DNA from: Isosphaeraceae bacterium
Lineage (GTDB): Bacteria; Planctomycetota; Planctomycetia; Isosphaerales; Isosphaeraceae
Reading direction: 5' to 3'
Length of the DNA: 64,000 nucleotides
NCBI GenBank assembly: GCA_033763215.1
Contig: JANRKW010000014.1
Coordinates: 68,214 to 132,213, forward strand
The translations under genes were made by a program, and so were the position numbers. Every line of letters begins with the position of its first letter. Positions within the stretch are counted from its first letter, which is position 1. Below the pieces are notes generated by a model, which ran no database searches, was not told the origin of the DNA, and saw nothing but the letters and a program-made list of their open reading frames with translations. Positions 25,931-35,759 of this stretch are shown here, piece after piece.

Positions 25931-28561
25931 ATGGAAATCGATCCCTCCGCGCCTGCGACACCGATGATGCAGCAGTATCGCGAGATGAAGTCTCGCGATC
26001 CGGACGCCCTGTTGCTCTTCCGCATGGGCGACTTCTACGAACTCTTCGGCGACGACGCGATCGAGGCCTCGAACTTGCTCGGTCTGACTCTGACGAGCCG
26101 AGACAAGGGGCCGAATGCCGTGCCGATGGCCGGCTTTCCTCATCCCGCGCTGGAGTCGTATCTGGCGAAGATCGTGCAGGCGGGTCGGCGTGCGGCGGTG
26201 TGCGAGCAAATGGAGGATCCCCGCTTCGCGAAGGGGATCGTCAAGCGCGACGTCATCCGCGTGGTGACCCCCGGAACCCTCACCGACGAAGCGTTGCTCG
26301 ACCCCAAGGCCGCGAATCACCTCGCCGCGATCGTCGAATCGCGAGGAAAGCTCGGGCTCGCCTGGGCCGAGCTCTCGACCGGCCGATTCTCGCTGACCGG
26401 CGTCTCTCGGACCGAGTTGCTCGACGAGATCGCGCGACTGAATCCCGCGGAGGCGCTCGTCTCGGAGATGAGTCTCGATGCGCCCTGGGTTCGCACCTTG
26501 CGAGGTCTGACCCGGATGCCCGTGACGACTCGGCCTTCCTGGGATTTCCAACCCGACCAGGCACGCCGGGCTCTCTACGATCACTTTCGCGTGACGACGC
26601 TCGGCGGATTCGGAATCGACGACGAGGCCGTCGAAGTCCAGGCCGCGGGTGCATTGATCGCCTACCTGCGCGAGACCCAGCGATCGACCCTCGGGCACCT
26701 CACACGGATGACGCCCCATCGCCGAGGGCAGGTGCTCGGTCTCGACGAGATGACGCGTCGAAGTCTCGAGCTCACCAGGACCCTACGCGACAACAAACGA
26801 GAAGGCTCGCTCCTCCAGGTGATCGATCGGACTGCGACACCGATGGGGGCACGGTTGCTCTCCGAGTGGCTGACCTCGCCGCTCGTCGATCCCGGATCGA
26901 TCCGCGAGCGGCAAGACGCCGTCGCCGAACTGGTTCATGACTCTGCGCTTCGATCGGAACTTCGCGGTGCTCTCGAGGGCGCATTCGATCTCGAACGACT
27001 CGCCGCGAGGGTCGGAACCGGTCGAGCGGGTCCTCGAGACCTCGTCGGCCTTGCTCGGACTCTCTCGCTGTTGCCTCGCGTGAAGGCAAGACTCGCCGGT
27101 CGGTCGACTCGACGATTCCAGGAACTCGAGGAGGCTCTCGACCTTTGCCCCGAGATCCGCAACGACATTCAACTCGCTCTCGTCGACGATCCTCCGCTCG
27201 CGCTCAAGGAAGGCGGGTTGATCCGCGACGGTTACTCCACCGAACTCGACGAGCTTCGCGAGACCGCCCGCGGCGGCAAGAGCTGGATCGCGCGGTTCCA
27301 AGCCGAGGAAGTCCGCAAGACCGGAATCCCCGGGCTCAAAGTCGGATTCAACAAGGTCTTCGGCTATTACATCGAGATCACTCATGTCCAAGGCGCACGC
27401 GGCGTGCCGCCTGAGTACATCCGCAAGCAGACCGTCAAGAACGCCGAACGTTACATCACGCCCGAACTCAAGGAGCACGAGGACCGCGTTCTTCGAGCGG
27501 AGGACCGCGCCCACGAATTGGAATACGAGCTGTTCGCGTCGTTGAGGGATCGTGTCGCGGCCGAAGCGCCCCGGCTCGTCCAGTCGGGACAGGTTCTCGC
27601 GCAGATCGATGTGCTCGCAGCCCTTGCGGAGTTGGCCGCCCGTCAGGGCTATTGCCGCCCCGAGATCACTCCTGGGCTCGAGCTGCTGATCGAGGGCGGT
27701 CGACACCCCGTCCTCGACGTCGTGCTCGCCGCCGGTGAGTTCGTGCCCAACGATCTACGCCTCGGCGACGGCGAAGACGGCCGGATCATCATCCTCACCG
27801 GGCCGAACATGGCGGGAAAGAGCACCTACATCCGCCAGGTCGCCCACATCGTGCTCATGGCGCAGATCGGCAGTTTCGTGCCCGCGTCGAAGGCGCGGAT
27901 CGGCGTCGTCGACCGGCTGTTCGCCCGAGTCGGAGCGACGGACGAACTGAGCCGAGGCCAGAGCACATTCATGGTCGAAATGACCGAGACGGCGAACATC
28001 CTCAACAATGCGACCGAGCGGAGCCTCGTCATCCTGGACGAGATCGGCCGAGGGACCAGCACTTTCGATGGTGTCTCGCTCGCGTGGGCGATCACCGAGC
28101 ATCTCCACGATGCAGTCGGCGCCCGCACGCTCTTCGCGACGCACTACCATGAACTCGTCGATCTCGAGAAGACGAAGGCCCGACTCCGCAACGCGAACGT
28201 CGCGGTGCGCGAGCAGGACGGAGACGTCGTCTTCCTCCATCGGATCGTCCCGGGCGGGGCCGACCAGAGCTACGGCATCCACGTCGCTCGGATCGCGGGT
28301 GTTCCCGGCCCCGTGCTCGATCGCTCTCGCGAGATCCTCGCGTTCTTGGAGAAGCAACACCGCCCTGCCGAGGGGACGGGATCGGGCGAGATCGTGCCGC
28401 CACGGATGCCGCGGGTCAAGGCTGCTCGAGCGCTGCAAGGAAGTCTCTTCGCGCGATTGCCCGAACCGATCCTCGAGGAGTTGCGTGAGGTCGACACGGA
28501 GAATCTCGGTGCGGAAGAAGCTCTCGACCTGATCCGCCGCCTCAAAGAGACGGCGGGTTGA
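25931..28561 (+). CDS. mutS: DNA mismatch repair protein MutS
   Basis: N-terminal TPMMQQYREMKSRDPDALLLFRMGDFYELFGDDA. Walker A GPNMAGKST. DEIGRGTSTFDG, HATHYHEL. 876 aa. Confidence 0.95.
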   Translation: MEIDPSAPATPMMQQYREMKSRDPDALLLFRMGDFYELFGDDAIEASNLLGLTLTSRDKGPNAVPMAGFPHPALESYLAKIVQAGRRAAVCEQMEDPRFAKGIVKRDVIRVVTPGTLTDEALLDPKAANHLAAIVESRGKLGLAWAELSTGRFSLTGVSRTELLDEIARLNPAEALVSEMSLDAPWVRTLRGLTRMPVTTRPSWDFQPDQARRALYDHFRVTTLGGFGIDDEAVEVQAAGALIAYLRETQRSTLGHLTRMTPHRRGQVLGLDEMTRRSLELTRTLRDNKREGSLLQVIDRTATPMGARLLSEWLTSPLVDPGSIRERQDAVAELVHDSALRSELRGALEGAFDLERLAARVGTGRAGPRDLVGLARTLSLLPRVKARLAGRSTRRFQELEEALDLCPEIRNDIQLALVDDPPLALKEGGLIRDGYSTELDELRETARGGKSWIARFQAEEVRKTGIPGLKVGFNKVFGYYIEITHVQGARGVPPEYIRKQTVKNAERYITPELKEHEDRVLRAEDRAHELEYELFASLRDRVAAEAPRLVQSGQVLAQIDVLAALAELAARQGYCRPEITPGLELLIEGGRHPVLDVVLAAGEFVPNDLRLGDGEDGRIIILTGPNMAGKSTYIRQVAHIVLMAQIGSFVPASKARIGVVDRLFARVGATDELSRGQSTFMVEMTETANILNNATERSLVILDEIGRGTSTFDGVSLAWAITEHLHDAVGARTLFATHYHELVDLEKTKARLRNANVAVREQDGDVVFLHRIVPGGADQSYGIHVARIAGVPGPVLDRSREILAFLEKQHRPAEGTGSGEIVPPRMPRVKAARALQGSLFARLPEPILEELREVDTENLGAEEALDLIRRLKETAG

Positions 28562-28585
28562 GCGTCGTTGATACTCGCGACGCGA

Positions 28586-29407
28586 TCAGAAGGTGCGCCT
28601 CATTCGGGAGCCGTCGCGAGCGGGGTTGATTCCGAGAGTCGACGCTTTGACGAAGTCGACGAATTCGGCGACCTGTTCGACGTGGCCCAGATCGGTCGAG
28701 ATCCGCTCGAGGGCGTTCGAGAGTGTTCTGCCCTCCTTGTACAGAATGCGGAAGGTCTCGCGCAGTGCGTTGATCGCCTCCGAGGGGAAGCCCGCGCGAC
28801 GCAGGCCGACGACATTGAGCCCGGTCACGCAGTTGTAGCCTTGCTGGAGTACGAAGGGCGGGATGTCCTTCGACGTCGAGCCGAGCCCGCTGAGCATGGC
28901 CAAGCGGCCGATCCTGACTCTCTGTTGGATCGCGGCGTGGCCTGAGAGAATACAGCCGTCGTGCAGTTCGACATGCCCGGCGACGAGTGCTCCGTTCACG
29001 AGCGTGCAGTCGTTTCCCATTCGGACATCGTGACCGAGATGGCTGCCGATCATGAGGAGATTGCGGTCGCCGATGACGGTCTCGCCGCCGCCCTGAACTG
29101 TTCCGCGATGTACGGTGACATGTTCACGGAAGACGTTTCCGTTTCCGACGCGAAGCCGGGTGTCTTCGCCTCGGTAGCCCTTGTGCTGCGGGCTCTTGCC
29201 GAGGACCGCGCCATGACCGACGAAGTTCTCTCGACCCATGATCATGGGACCGGTGAGGCAGGCGTGGCCCTCGATCACCGTGCCGGCGCCGATCGTGATC
29301 GGCCCCTCGAGGATGGTGTAAGGACCCACCTGAACGTCCGGTGCGAGGTCGACCTCGGAGCCGATGACGGCGGTCGGGTGGATCAAGTCCGACATGGTGA
29401 GCGACAT
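28586..29407 (-). CDS. lpxA: Acyl-ACP--UDP-N-acetylglucosamine O-acyltransferase LpxA
   Basis: Internal starts at 29407 (MSLTMSD) or 29395 (MSDLIHPTAVIG). The latter aligns better with the E. coli LpxA N-terminus. Left-handed beta-helix hexapeptide repeats. C-terminal helical domain GLNVVGLRRAGF...ALRETFRILY. ~270 aa. Confidence 0.85.
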   Translation of the reverse strand: MSLTMSDLIHPTAVIGSEVDLAPDVQVGPYTILEGPITIGAGTVIEGHACLTGPMIMGRENFVGHGAVLGKSPQHKGYRGEDTRLRVGNGNVFREHVTVHRGTVQGGGETVIGDRNLLMIGSHLGHDVRMGNDCTLVNGALVAGHVELHDGCILSGHAAIQQRVRIGRLAMLSGLGSTSKDIPPFVLQQGYNCVTGLNVVGLRRAGFPSEAINALRETFRILYKEGRTLSNALERISTDLGHVEQVAEFVDFVKASTLGINPARDGSRMRRTF

Positions 29408-29537
29408 CACCCATTCCTCCCTGAATCGGCTCGGCGGGCGGACCTCCTGTCCGCTCTTCCCTTGCCATCGGACTCCGCGGCGGACGATCTTGAGGGATTC
29501 CCCCGGCGAGCCGGGGGGAAAGCGAGCGGCGTCGGGC

Positions 29538-30584
29538 TCAGGAGACCGCGACTTCGCGGCCGGTCCGCACGCTCTCGACTTCGGCGTGGCAAAGGACGAG
29601 CGCCTGTCGCGCGAGTCCGCCCGCGAGCGCCGGGGCCTCGACCCCCGAGTCGGCTGCGGCGACGGCGAGAGCCAGCTCGGCCGTGAAGGCATCGATCGGG
29701 TCGCCCGACCCGAGTTCGGGTCGCTCGACCGTTCCGTCGGGAAGGATGACCGAGAGCGGCGTCGCGACATGCCCGTTTCCCGCGAGATTCGCGAACTCGA
29801 ACGCCAGCGTCGCGCGTTCGAGGTAGATCTCGAATCCGTGCTTGAACGGACGCCCCGACTGGCTCGAAGCCCCCGAGGTCGCGGTGACGACGAGACTCGG
29901 ATCGTCGTAGATGTATTGGGTTGCGAGGTGAACCACGGCGGTCCCCTGCTGCAGTCCACGCGATCTCACGGCGCGAGGGACGCCGCAGACCAACCCCACG
30001 AAGTGCGTGTCGTGGATGTGCAGATCGATCGCGGGGCCGCCGGATCGGTCGGCGTCGGCAATACCCGCCGACCAGTCGGGCTTGGAGATGACTCGATCGA
30101 AATGCGCCGCGAGCAGGCGGCCGTAGCGGCCCGATTTCACCGCTTCCGCGGCATAGGCGAACTCGGGGAAGAACGGGAGCACGTGAGCGACCATGAGAAG
30201 ACGGCCGTTCGCCTTTGCCGCCGCGACCATCGCGTCGGCGTCCTCAGTGGTCAACGCGATCGGCTTCTCGACCAAGACGTGCTTGCCTGCTTCGAGAGCG
30301 CGAATCGCGAGCTGGGCGTGCTCGTCGTTGGGTACGCAGAGATCGACGAGGTCGACCTTGGGATCGGCGAGGAGGTCGGCGACATCGGCGTAACGCCCGA
30401 GCCCCGAGAGGTCCATCTGCTCGCCTCGCGGCCCGAAGTTGCCTTGGATGCTCGTCCAGTCGCCCGCGAGCTTTTTCGGGTCGCGGCTGCAGACCGCGAC
30501 CACCTCACCGCCCTGGAGTTTCCGGGCGGCGAGATAGTGGATCATGCCCATGAAGCCGATCCCGACGATTCCGATCCCGGCCAT
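29538..30584 (-). CDS. Gfo/Idh/MocA-family NAD(P)-dependent oxidoreductase, directly upstream of lpxA (a GnnA-like candidate)
   Basis: Start MAGIGIVGIGFMGMIHY at 30584 (cat at 30582..30584). Rossmann motif GxGxxG. Segments DLCVPNDEHAQLAIRALEAGKHVLVEKP. 348 aa. Confidence 0.8.
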   Translation of the reverse strand: MAGIGIVGIGFMGMIHYLAARKLQGGEVVAVCSRDPKKLAGDWTSIQGNFGPRGEQMDLSGLGRYADVADLLADPKVDLVDLCVPNDEHAQLAIRALEAGKHVLVEKPIALTTEDADAMVAAAKANGRLLMVAHVLPFFPEFAYAAEAVKSGRYGRLLAAHFDRVISKPDWSAGIADADRSGGPAIDLHIHDTHFVGLVCGVPRAVRSRGLQQGTAVVHLATQYIYDDPSLVVTATSGASSQSGRPFKHGFEIYLERATLAFEFANLAGNGHVATPLSVILPDGTVERPELGSGDPIDAFTAELALAVAAADSGVEAPALAGGLARQALVLCHAEVESVRTGREVAVS

Positions 30585-30896
30585 CCGCCGCTCCTCAGAA
30601 CTCTCGTCGGCGTGGAAGGGAACCACTCCGGCGGACGTGGTTTCAGGGGGAGTTCCGGTGCGATTGCCGTCTCGGCCGTTGCAGTGTGGAACTCCGAAAC
30701 GGCGGGCAGGGTAGCCGAAACCGCCGGGGACGGCAAGGTCGAGACGCGGCGATTCTCGATCGAGCAAGGAAGCGAAACGGACGGAAACGAAGGGAGGCGG
30801 GCGAACCATGCCGCTTCGCATGGTCGCCCGCCTCGAGGAGCAGTCTTGCCTCGGCGTCGAGGTTCGACTTCGGGAGCGCTGTGCGACTCTCGCCGA

Positions 30897-33230
30897 TCAA
30901 TGCGAGGTCGCTGCGATCGGAGCCCCGTTTTGGGGAGCGGGCGAGTCGTCCGCGACGGATGCGGTCGGAGCGGCGAACCGCTCGGACTCATCCATGATTC
31001 GGCGGACCATCTCGTCGGCCTGTTCCAGCATCGCTCCGGTCTCGGTCCCCGTGACGTCGAATCCCGACTTCTCGGCGACGAGGAGTGCGAGCAATGTCCC
31101 GAGGAGTCCCTGCGTCGCGCCGGCGCCCGCGGTTTCTCCAGGGGTCCCCGAGCCTCCAGCCACGAAGACTCGCTCGGGAACGAGCGGCTGTTTGCTCTGC
31201 GAGAGTTCCTCGGCGACCTTCGACAACGCGTAGAGCCGAGGGTCGGTGAACGACTGGATCTTCCGGAGCAGGACGGCCGCCTCCGAGAGACCGATCTGCA
31301 TCAGCTTCGAACCCTCGCCTCGGCCCGCGAGGACCTGACGGCGGCTCTCGGCCTCAGCCGTGACCACGAGTTGCTCGGCCTCCTTGCGGGCACGAGCGAG
31401 CGCGGCGTCGCCCTGATTCTCGGCGATCTGCACTTGAACACGCGAGTTGGTGAGTTGCTCCTGCATCGCCGCGACGGCCTGCGCTTCGTTGAGGCTCTTG
31501 AGCTTCTCCGATGCCGCGCGCTGTCGTTCGTAAGTCTCGATCTGTTCGATCGAGAGCTGACGGAGTCGCAGTTGCTCGAGGAGCGTTTCGATCTTGTTCG
31601 AGCCTTGGTTCTCCGACGTGTCGGGCTTGCCGATCAGGACATCGACGCACTCGATGTCGAAGTCGTGGAACTTTCTGCGGAGTTCGTCTCGTGCCTCGAG
31701 TTGGATGGCGTCGCGCTCGTGGAGCAACTGGAGCATCGTCTTCTTGTGGGCGACGTCGCGGAAATAGGCGCTCAACATCGGGTCGAGCGTCTGGGTGATC
31801 AGCTTCTTCACGTCGCCGAAGCGTTGGATGACGCTCGGCGCCCGCTGGTAGTCGATGTGGACGACCACGGAGAGCGGGAGACTCGGTTCGTAGGCGTCGC
31901 GGGTGACGAGGTCGATCGATCGGAGGCTCTCGTCATATCGGTGAGTCTCGGAGCGACCCGTGACCCAGTGGAGCACGAAGTTCGTCGTGGGCACCAGGAT
32001 GATGTTGCCCGCATAGGTATTGAAGGGATACTTGCCCGGTCCGAACGGCCGTTCGAGCACGCCGCGTTCGCCCTCGGCGACTCGTTCGCCGTGGCGGAAC
32101 CCCTCTCCCGAGACGTCCTGCCCTGCGCGGCCGTAGTAGCTCACGACGACGCCGACGTAGCCGATCGGGACCACGGTCTTGGGGATGATCTCGATCGAGG
32201 CGAACCACCGGTTGATGAAGTAGGTACCGTCGGTGAGCGGAACGTACTGCCGCCCTCGGCGGCCGCCCGCCCGCAGGAATGCCTCGGGATCCTGGAAGTT
32301 GTTGTGGAAGTGCTTGCCGTCGCGATCGTTGCCGACGGCCGGGGCGATGATCTCGCCCGGTTCGAGCGACGGTCCGTCGTGCACGGTCACGATTCCGATC
32401 GTGTCGACCAAGATCGAGCGATCGGGCATGAGAGGGTCGGGCGCGGTGGTCGGGGCACCGATGACGACCGGCCGAAATCCGTCCACGGCCTGAAGTTGAT
32501 TCTGCCAATCGACGAGGGTCTTGATCTCGTTGCGACCCTGCATGTCGAGGCGGTAGACGGCATCCTCGGTGATCACGACGAAGAGCGCGAGATTGATCGC
32601 ATAGACACCTTCGCGGAGTACGATGCGCTGCCGGCCGCGTTGGCCGATGATCGGCGAAGAATCGGGACCGCCGTCCTTGCCGAGGAGAAAGCTCCGGGCG
32701 TCTTGGAAGTGGTTGCAGTCGATCACGCGACCGAGCGTCTGACTCGGCTCGAGCGATTCGCCGTCGCGGGCGTAGACATAGCCGATCTTGCCTTGCGGCA
32801 CGGTCACGAGCGGAACGCGATGGATGCGGTACTGCCATCGCCAGAGTCCGAAATGGAGTCCGCCGCGGAGCACCTCGGTCTGATAGCCGGCCTCTCCCCC
32901 GAGTGCCATGATTCGGCCCTCGGGCACGGAACCCTTGGGCGACCAGAGCTTCTCGACGAGTCCGACTCGATTGTTCGCGATGAACCTCAAGCCCATCGCC
33001 TCGACGGCCACGACGCCGACGATCACGATCCCGAACAACCCCATCAGCCAGCCCGTGGCCGGCTCGACCGTCGCGGCGAGGAGTGCATCGACTCCCAGGC
33101 CCATCGACATGTCCACGTGAATCGCCTCCCAATGAGGCCGAGCGAGTCGGTCCACGAGGGCTCGAGACTCACTCGGCGCATTCGACCCGTTCCTCGCGAT
33201 GTCGGCCGAGCCGAGCCCGGGGCGGGTCAT
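30897..33230 (-). CDS. Flotillin/SPFH (band-7, YqiK-like) family membrane protein with an extended central region
   Basis: Start at 33230 (cat at 33228..33230) or shortly downstream. TM segment GWLMGLFGIVIVGVVAVEAMGL. SPFH-like beta/alpha region. C-terminal flotillin-type coiled-coil Ala/Glu repeats: ASEKLKSLNEAQAVAAMQEQL...AENQGDAALARARKEAEQLVVTAEAESRRQVLAGRGEGSKL. The N-terminal 189 aa of the track ORF are Arg/Ser-rich and are rejected. Confidence 0.65.
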   Translation of the reverse strand: MTRPGLGSADIARNGSNAPSESRALVDRLARPHWEAIHVDMSMGLGVDALLAATVEPATGWLMGLFGIVIVGVVAVEAMGLRFIANNRVGLVEKLWSPKGSVPEGRIMALGGEAGYQTEVLRGGLHFGLWRWQYRIHRVPLVTVPQGKIGYVYARDGESLEPSQTLGRVIDCNHFQDARSFLLGKDGGPDSSPIIGQRGRQRIVLREGVYAINLALFVVITEDAVYRLDMQGRNEIKTLVDWQNQLQAVDGFRPVVIGAPTTAPDPLMPDRSILVDTIGIVTVHDGPSLEPGEIIAPAVGNDRDGKHFHNNFQDPEAFLRAGGRRGRQYVPLTDGTYFINRWFASIEIIPKTVVPIGYVGVVVSYYGRAGQDVSGEGFRHGERVAEGERGVLERPFGPGKYPFNTYAGNIILVPTTNFVLHWVTGRSETHRYDESLRSIDLVTRDAYEPSLPLSVVVHIDYQRAPSVIQRFGDVKKLITQTLDPMLSAYFRDVAHKKTMLQLLHERDAIQLEARDELRRKFHDFDIECVDVLIGKPDTSENQGSNKIETLLEQLRLRQLSIEQIETYERQRAASEKLKSLNEAQAVAAMQEQLTNSRVQVQIAENQGDAALARARKEAEQLVVTAEAESRRQVLAGRGEGSKLMQIGLSEAAVLLRKIQSFTDPRLYALSKVAEELSQSKQPLVPERVFVAGGSGTPGETAGAGATQGLLGTLLALLVAEKSGFDVTGTETGAMLEQADEMVRRIMDESERFAAPTASVADDSPAPQNGAPIAATSH

Positions 33231-33333
33231 GGGAGAGTATTCGCCGATCGGCCCGATTATTTCAAAGAACTCGCGTCCGCGACTCCGAATCCGACCTTTC
33301 GGTCGGCCGGAGTCGCGTTCAACGCCGCTCCGA

Positions 33334-35016
33334 TCAAGGCCGAGCGGGTCCCTGGATCGCCATGCCGAGCGCCATGATCGATCGGAGAAGCACGACATCG
33401 CTCGCCAGGCGAATTCGCAAGACCTTTTCCTTCGCCTGCATCGTGAGCTGGAGACGATTCTTCGCGAGAGTCGCCTCTTCGAAGACGGCACGAGCGGCAC
33501 GGGCGATGTTGGGATCCCCTCCCTGAGCAGGAATCGCACGCATGAGACGGCCGATCTCGAGTGTGACCGCGACCGGAGACCCCGATGCCGGCGCGGGCGC
33601 CGCGCTTTCTTCCATCGCCTTGCGGAGTGCCGCGATCCCCGGCTCTCCCACGGCCATCCAAGCGAGGTCGTCGCGGATTGCGAGGAAGACGTCGAGGCGG
33701 CCGAAGAGGCCCTCCGCCGCCGCGTCGCCCGTGGAGGATCCGAGTTTGTGGATCGAGCCTCGCCCGTCGGGCCCCTTGGCGATGTCGAGAATCGCACCTT
33801 GCTTCCCCGCTGAGTCGCGGATCAACGCTTCGAGAACGGCTGGGTCTTCGATATGCATCGCGGCGACGAGCGCGTGACGATCCCGCTTTGGTTCGCCTTC
33901 GACAGCGAACGGTCCCCTGAGTGCGAGGAGCATTTCGGTGGAATCGGCCGCGAGAGTCTTGATCGTCCAATTGGCGATCGCCTTGGCGATCCGTCGTTCC
34001 TCGTCGTTCTTCGCCTCCTTCTCGACTCCCGCTTCGGACATCCTGGCGAGTTCGACCATCGCGTCGCGCAGCGACTTGGGGAGCCGCGCCGCAAAGTGCG
34101 ATTCGAAGATCGACTCACCGCTCGCGTCCGAGAACCGAGACCGTTGCTTCTCGATTCCGGTGATCGCGGCGTCGAGCCCCGAACCCTCCGTTCCGCTGAC
34201 TCGGACCTCGAGCGCGATCGGACCGTTTGCGGAATCGAGCTCGAAATCGACCGCAACCTCCCTCCCCTCGCGGGCGAGCGTTCGGAAGAGAGAAGCAGTG
34301 AGATCCTGCCCGACTTTCCTGCCGAGGAACGCGGCGTCGTTTTCTCCAGGATTTCGCTCGCTCATCCGCTTGACCGCCTCATCGAACGACGAGAGGAACT
34401 GGTTGCGGAGTTCGACGGGGACCCGGTCGAGTCGGGCGGAGACCGTCAGGCTGCTCGACTTCGGTCGAGCGCGGTCGAGTTGGGCCAGGTCGAGCTTCTC
34501 GAACCGTTCGGGACGTCCCGGGAACATCGAGAAGAAGAGATACTTCCCTTCAGTTGGGAAGACGTAGAACCGCGTTGCGCCGTCGGGTAGGGTGACGACG
34601 TGGGTGAAGCTCCGAAAGCCCGGTCGCGCGGGCTGAGGGTCGACGCCCAGACCGAGACCCTTCAGCGTTTCCAGAAAGCGGGCCGCATCGGTGACCGGAA
34701 AGGCGACGGCGACGAGCGGCGCCTCTCCTGCGGCCGGAAGATCGGCGAAGCCGCCCCAGGGACGCGTGCGATCGAGCCCCTCGAGCTTGTCGGCGGCGGT
34801 CGCCGCTTCGACGACCGGCAGGATCTGGTCGGCGAGTGCGGGGGGCATGACCGCCCGAGTCAGAGCACGGGCCTCGACGATCCAGGCCTCCACGGGTCGT
34901 CCCGAGACCGTGACGATCTGGGCCTGGGACGAAATCGATCCGAGCGCGGCGAACATCCAGAGCACCGCCGCCGACACGGGGGCGAGACGACGCCCCAAGG
35001 ACTGATTGCGAGCCAT
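33334..35016 (-). CDS. Hypothetical secreted protein (signal peptide), co-directional with the downstream flotillin-like gene
   Basis: 560 aa. N-terminal LAPVSAAVLWMFAALGSISSQAQI. No recognisable catalytic motif. Confidence 0.5.
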   Translation of the reverse strand: MARNQSLGRRLAPVSAAVLWMFAALGSISSQAQIVTVSGRPVEAWIVEARALTRAVMPPALADQILPVVEAATAADKLEGLDRTRPWGGFADLPAAGEAPLVAVAFPVTDAARFLETLKGLGLGVDPQPARPGFRSFTHVVTLPDGATRFYVFPTEGKYLFFSMFPGRPERFEKLDLAQLDRARPKSSSLTVSARLDRVPVELRNQFLSSFDEAVKRMSERNPGENDAAFLGRKVGQDLTASLFRTLAREGREVAVDFELDSANGPIALEVRVSGTEGSGLDAAITGIEKQRSRFSDASGESIFESHFAARLPKSLRDAMVELARMSEAGVEKEAKNDEERRIAKAIANWTIKTLAADSTEMLLALRGPFAVEGEPKRDRHALVAAMHIEDPAVLEALIRDSAGKQGAILDIAKGPDGRGSIHKLGSSTGDAAAEGLFGRLDVFLAIRDDLAWMAVGEPGIAALRKAMEESAAPAPASGSPVAVTLEIGRLMRAIPAQGGDPNIARAARAVFEEATLAKNRLQLTMQAKEKVLRIRLASDVVLLRSIMALGMAIQGPARP

Positions 35017-35149
35017 CCTGTCGAATCTCCTCGATGATCGAAGCGGGACTTCGTCTCACACGAAAAGGGACGCTACTCCGTCGGGCCTCGGCCGGCAACC
35101 GGTCGATCCTCGTTGCCGACGCGGAACCCTCGAATCGGAACCACTCCCC

Positions 35150-35740
35150 ATGATCACCTACGAAGTCGAGCTCAAGTTTCGGGTTTCCGATCATCAAGCC
35201 CTCCGAGCGGCCTTGGCCGCCCGCGGCGCTCGATCCGAGCCCTCTCGACGGCAAGAGGACCGTTACCTCGCTCACCCCGCACGCGACTTCGCCGCCACCG
35301 GCGAAGCCCTCCGGCTCCGGAGCGACCGAGACGCCAATCGCATCACCTACAAGGGCGTGAAGCTCGCTTCCGAGGTGAAGACCCGAGAGGAGATCGAGGT
35401 CGGTTTCGAGTCTGGACCCGAAGGGTTGGAAGCGATGGGCTGCCTGTTCGAGCGACTCGGATTCCGCCCGGTCGCCGTGGTCGCCAAGACGAGAACGGAG
35501 TACTCGCTCGCACACCAAGGCCGAATACTCCACGTCGCCCTCGATGAAGCCGACGGGCTCGGCACGTTCGCCGAGGTCGAGACGATCGCTCACGGCGAAG
35601 ACGACCTCCCGAATGCGCGAGAGGGAGTCGTCGCGATCGCGGCCGAGTTGGGGCTGGCGGTCGTCGAGCCCCGCTCGTACCTTCGAATGCTCCTGGAATC
35701 TCGAGGCCTCATGCCGCCCGTTCAACCCCGCGGACAGTGA
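35150..35740 (+). CDS. CYTH-domain protein (CyaB / thiamine triphosphatase-like triphosphate tunnel metalloenzyme)
   Basis: ATG at 35150. MITYEVELKFRV carries the ExExK signature on the first strand. The fold is continuous thereafter. ~196 aa. Confidence 0.7.
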   Translation: MITYEVELKFRVSDHQALRAALAARGARSEPSRRQEDRYLAHPARDFAATGEALRLRSDRDANRITYKGVKLASEVKTREEIEVGFESGPEGLEAMGCLFERLGFRPVAVVAKTRTEYSLAHQGRILHVALDEADGLGTFAEVETIAHGEDDLPNAREGVVAIAAELGLAVVEPRSYLRMLLESRGLMPPVQPRGQ

Positions 35741-35759
35741 ACCGAGTGGAGAGACCTCG

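Noticed and set aside
29364-33377. 1337-aa plus-strand ORF, plus many other 100-900-aa ORFs lying antisense to annotated genes. Examples: 544..1596, 2855..4270, 8125..8961, 9727..11427, 31933..33132, 48634..50895, 58317..61088.
   Set aside because: These are the long open frames expected on the opposite strand of genes in ~70% GC DNA. Their translations are Arg/Pro/Ala/Gly-rich low-complexity strings without motifs. Each overlaps a gene with strong family-specific signatures.
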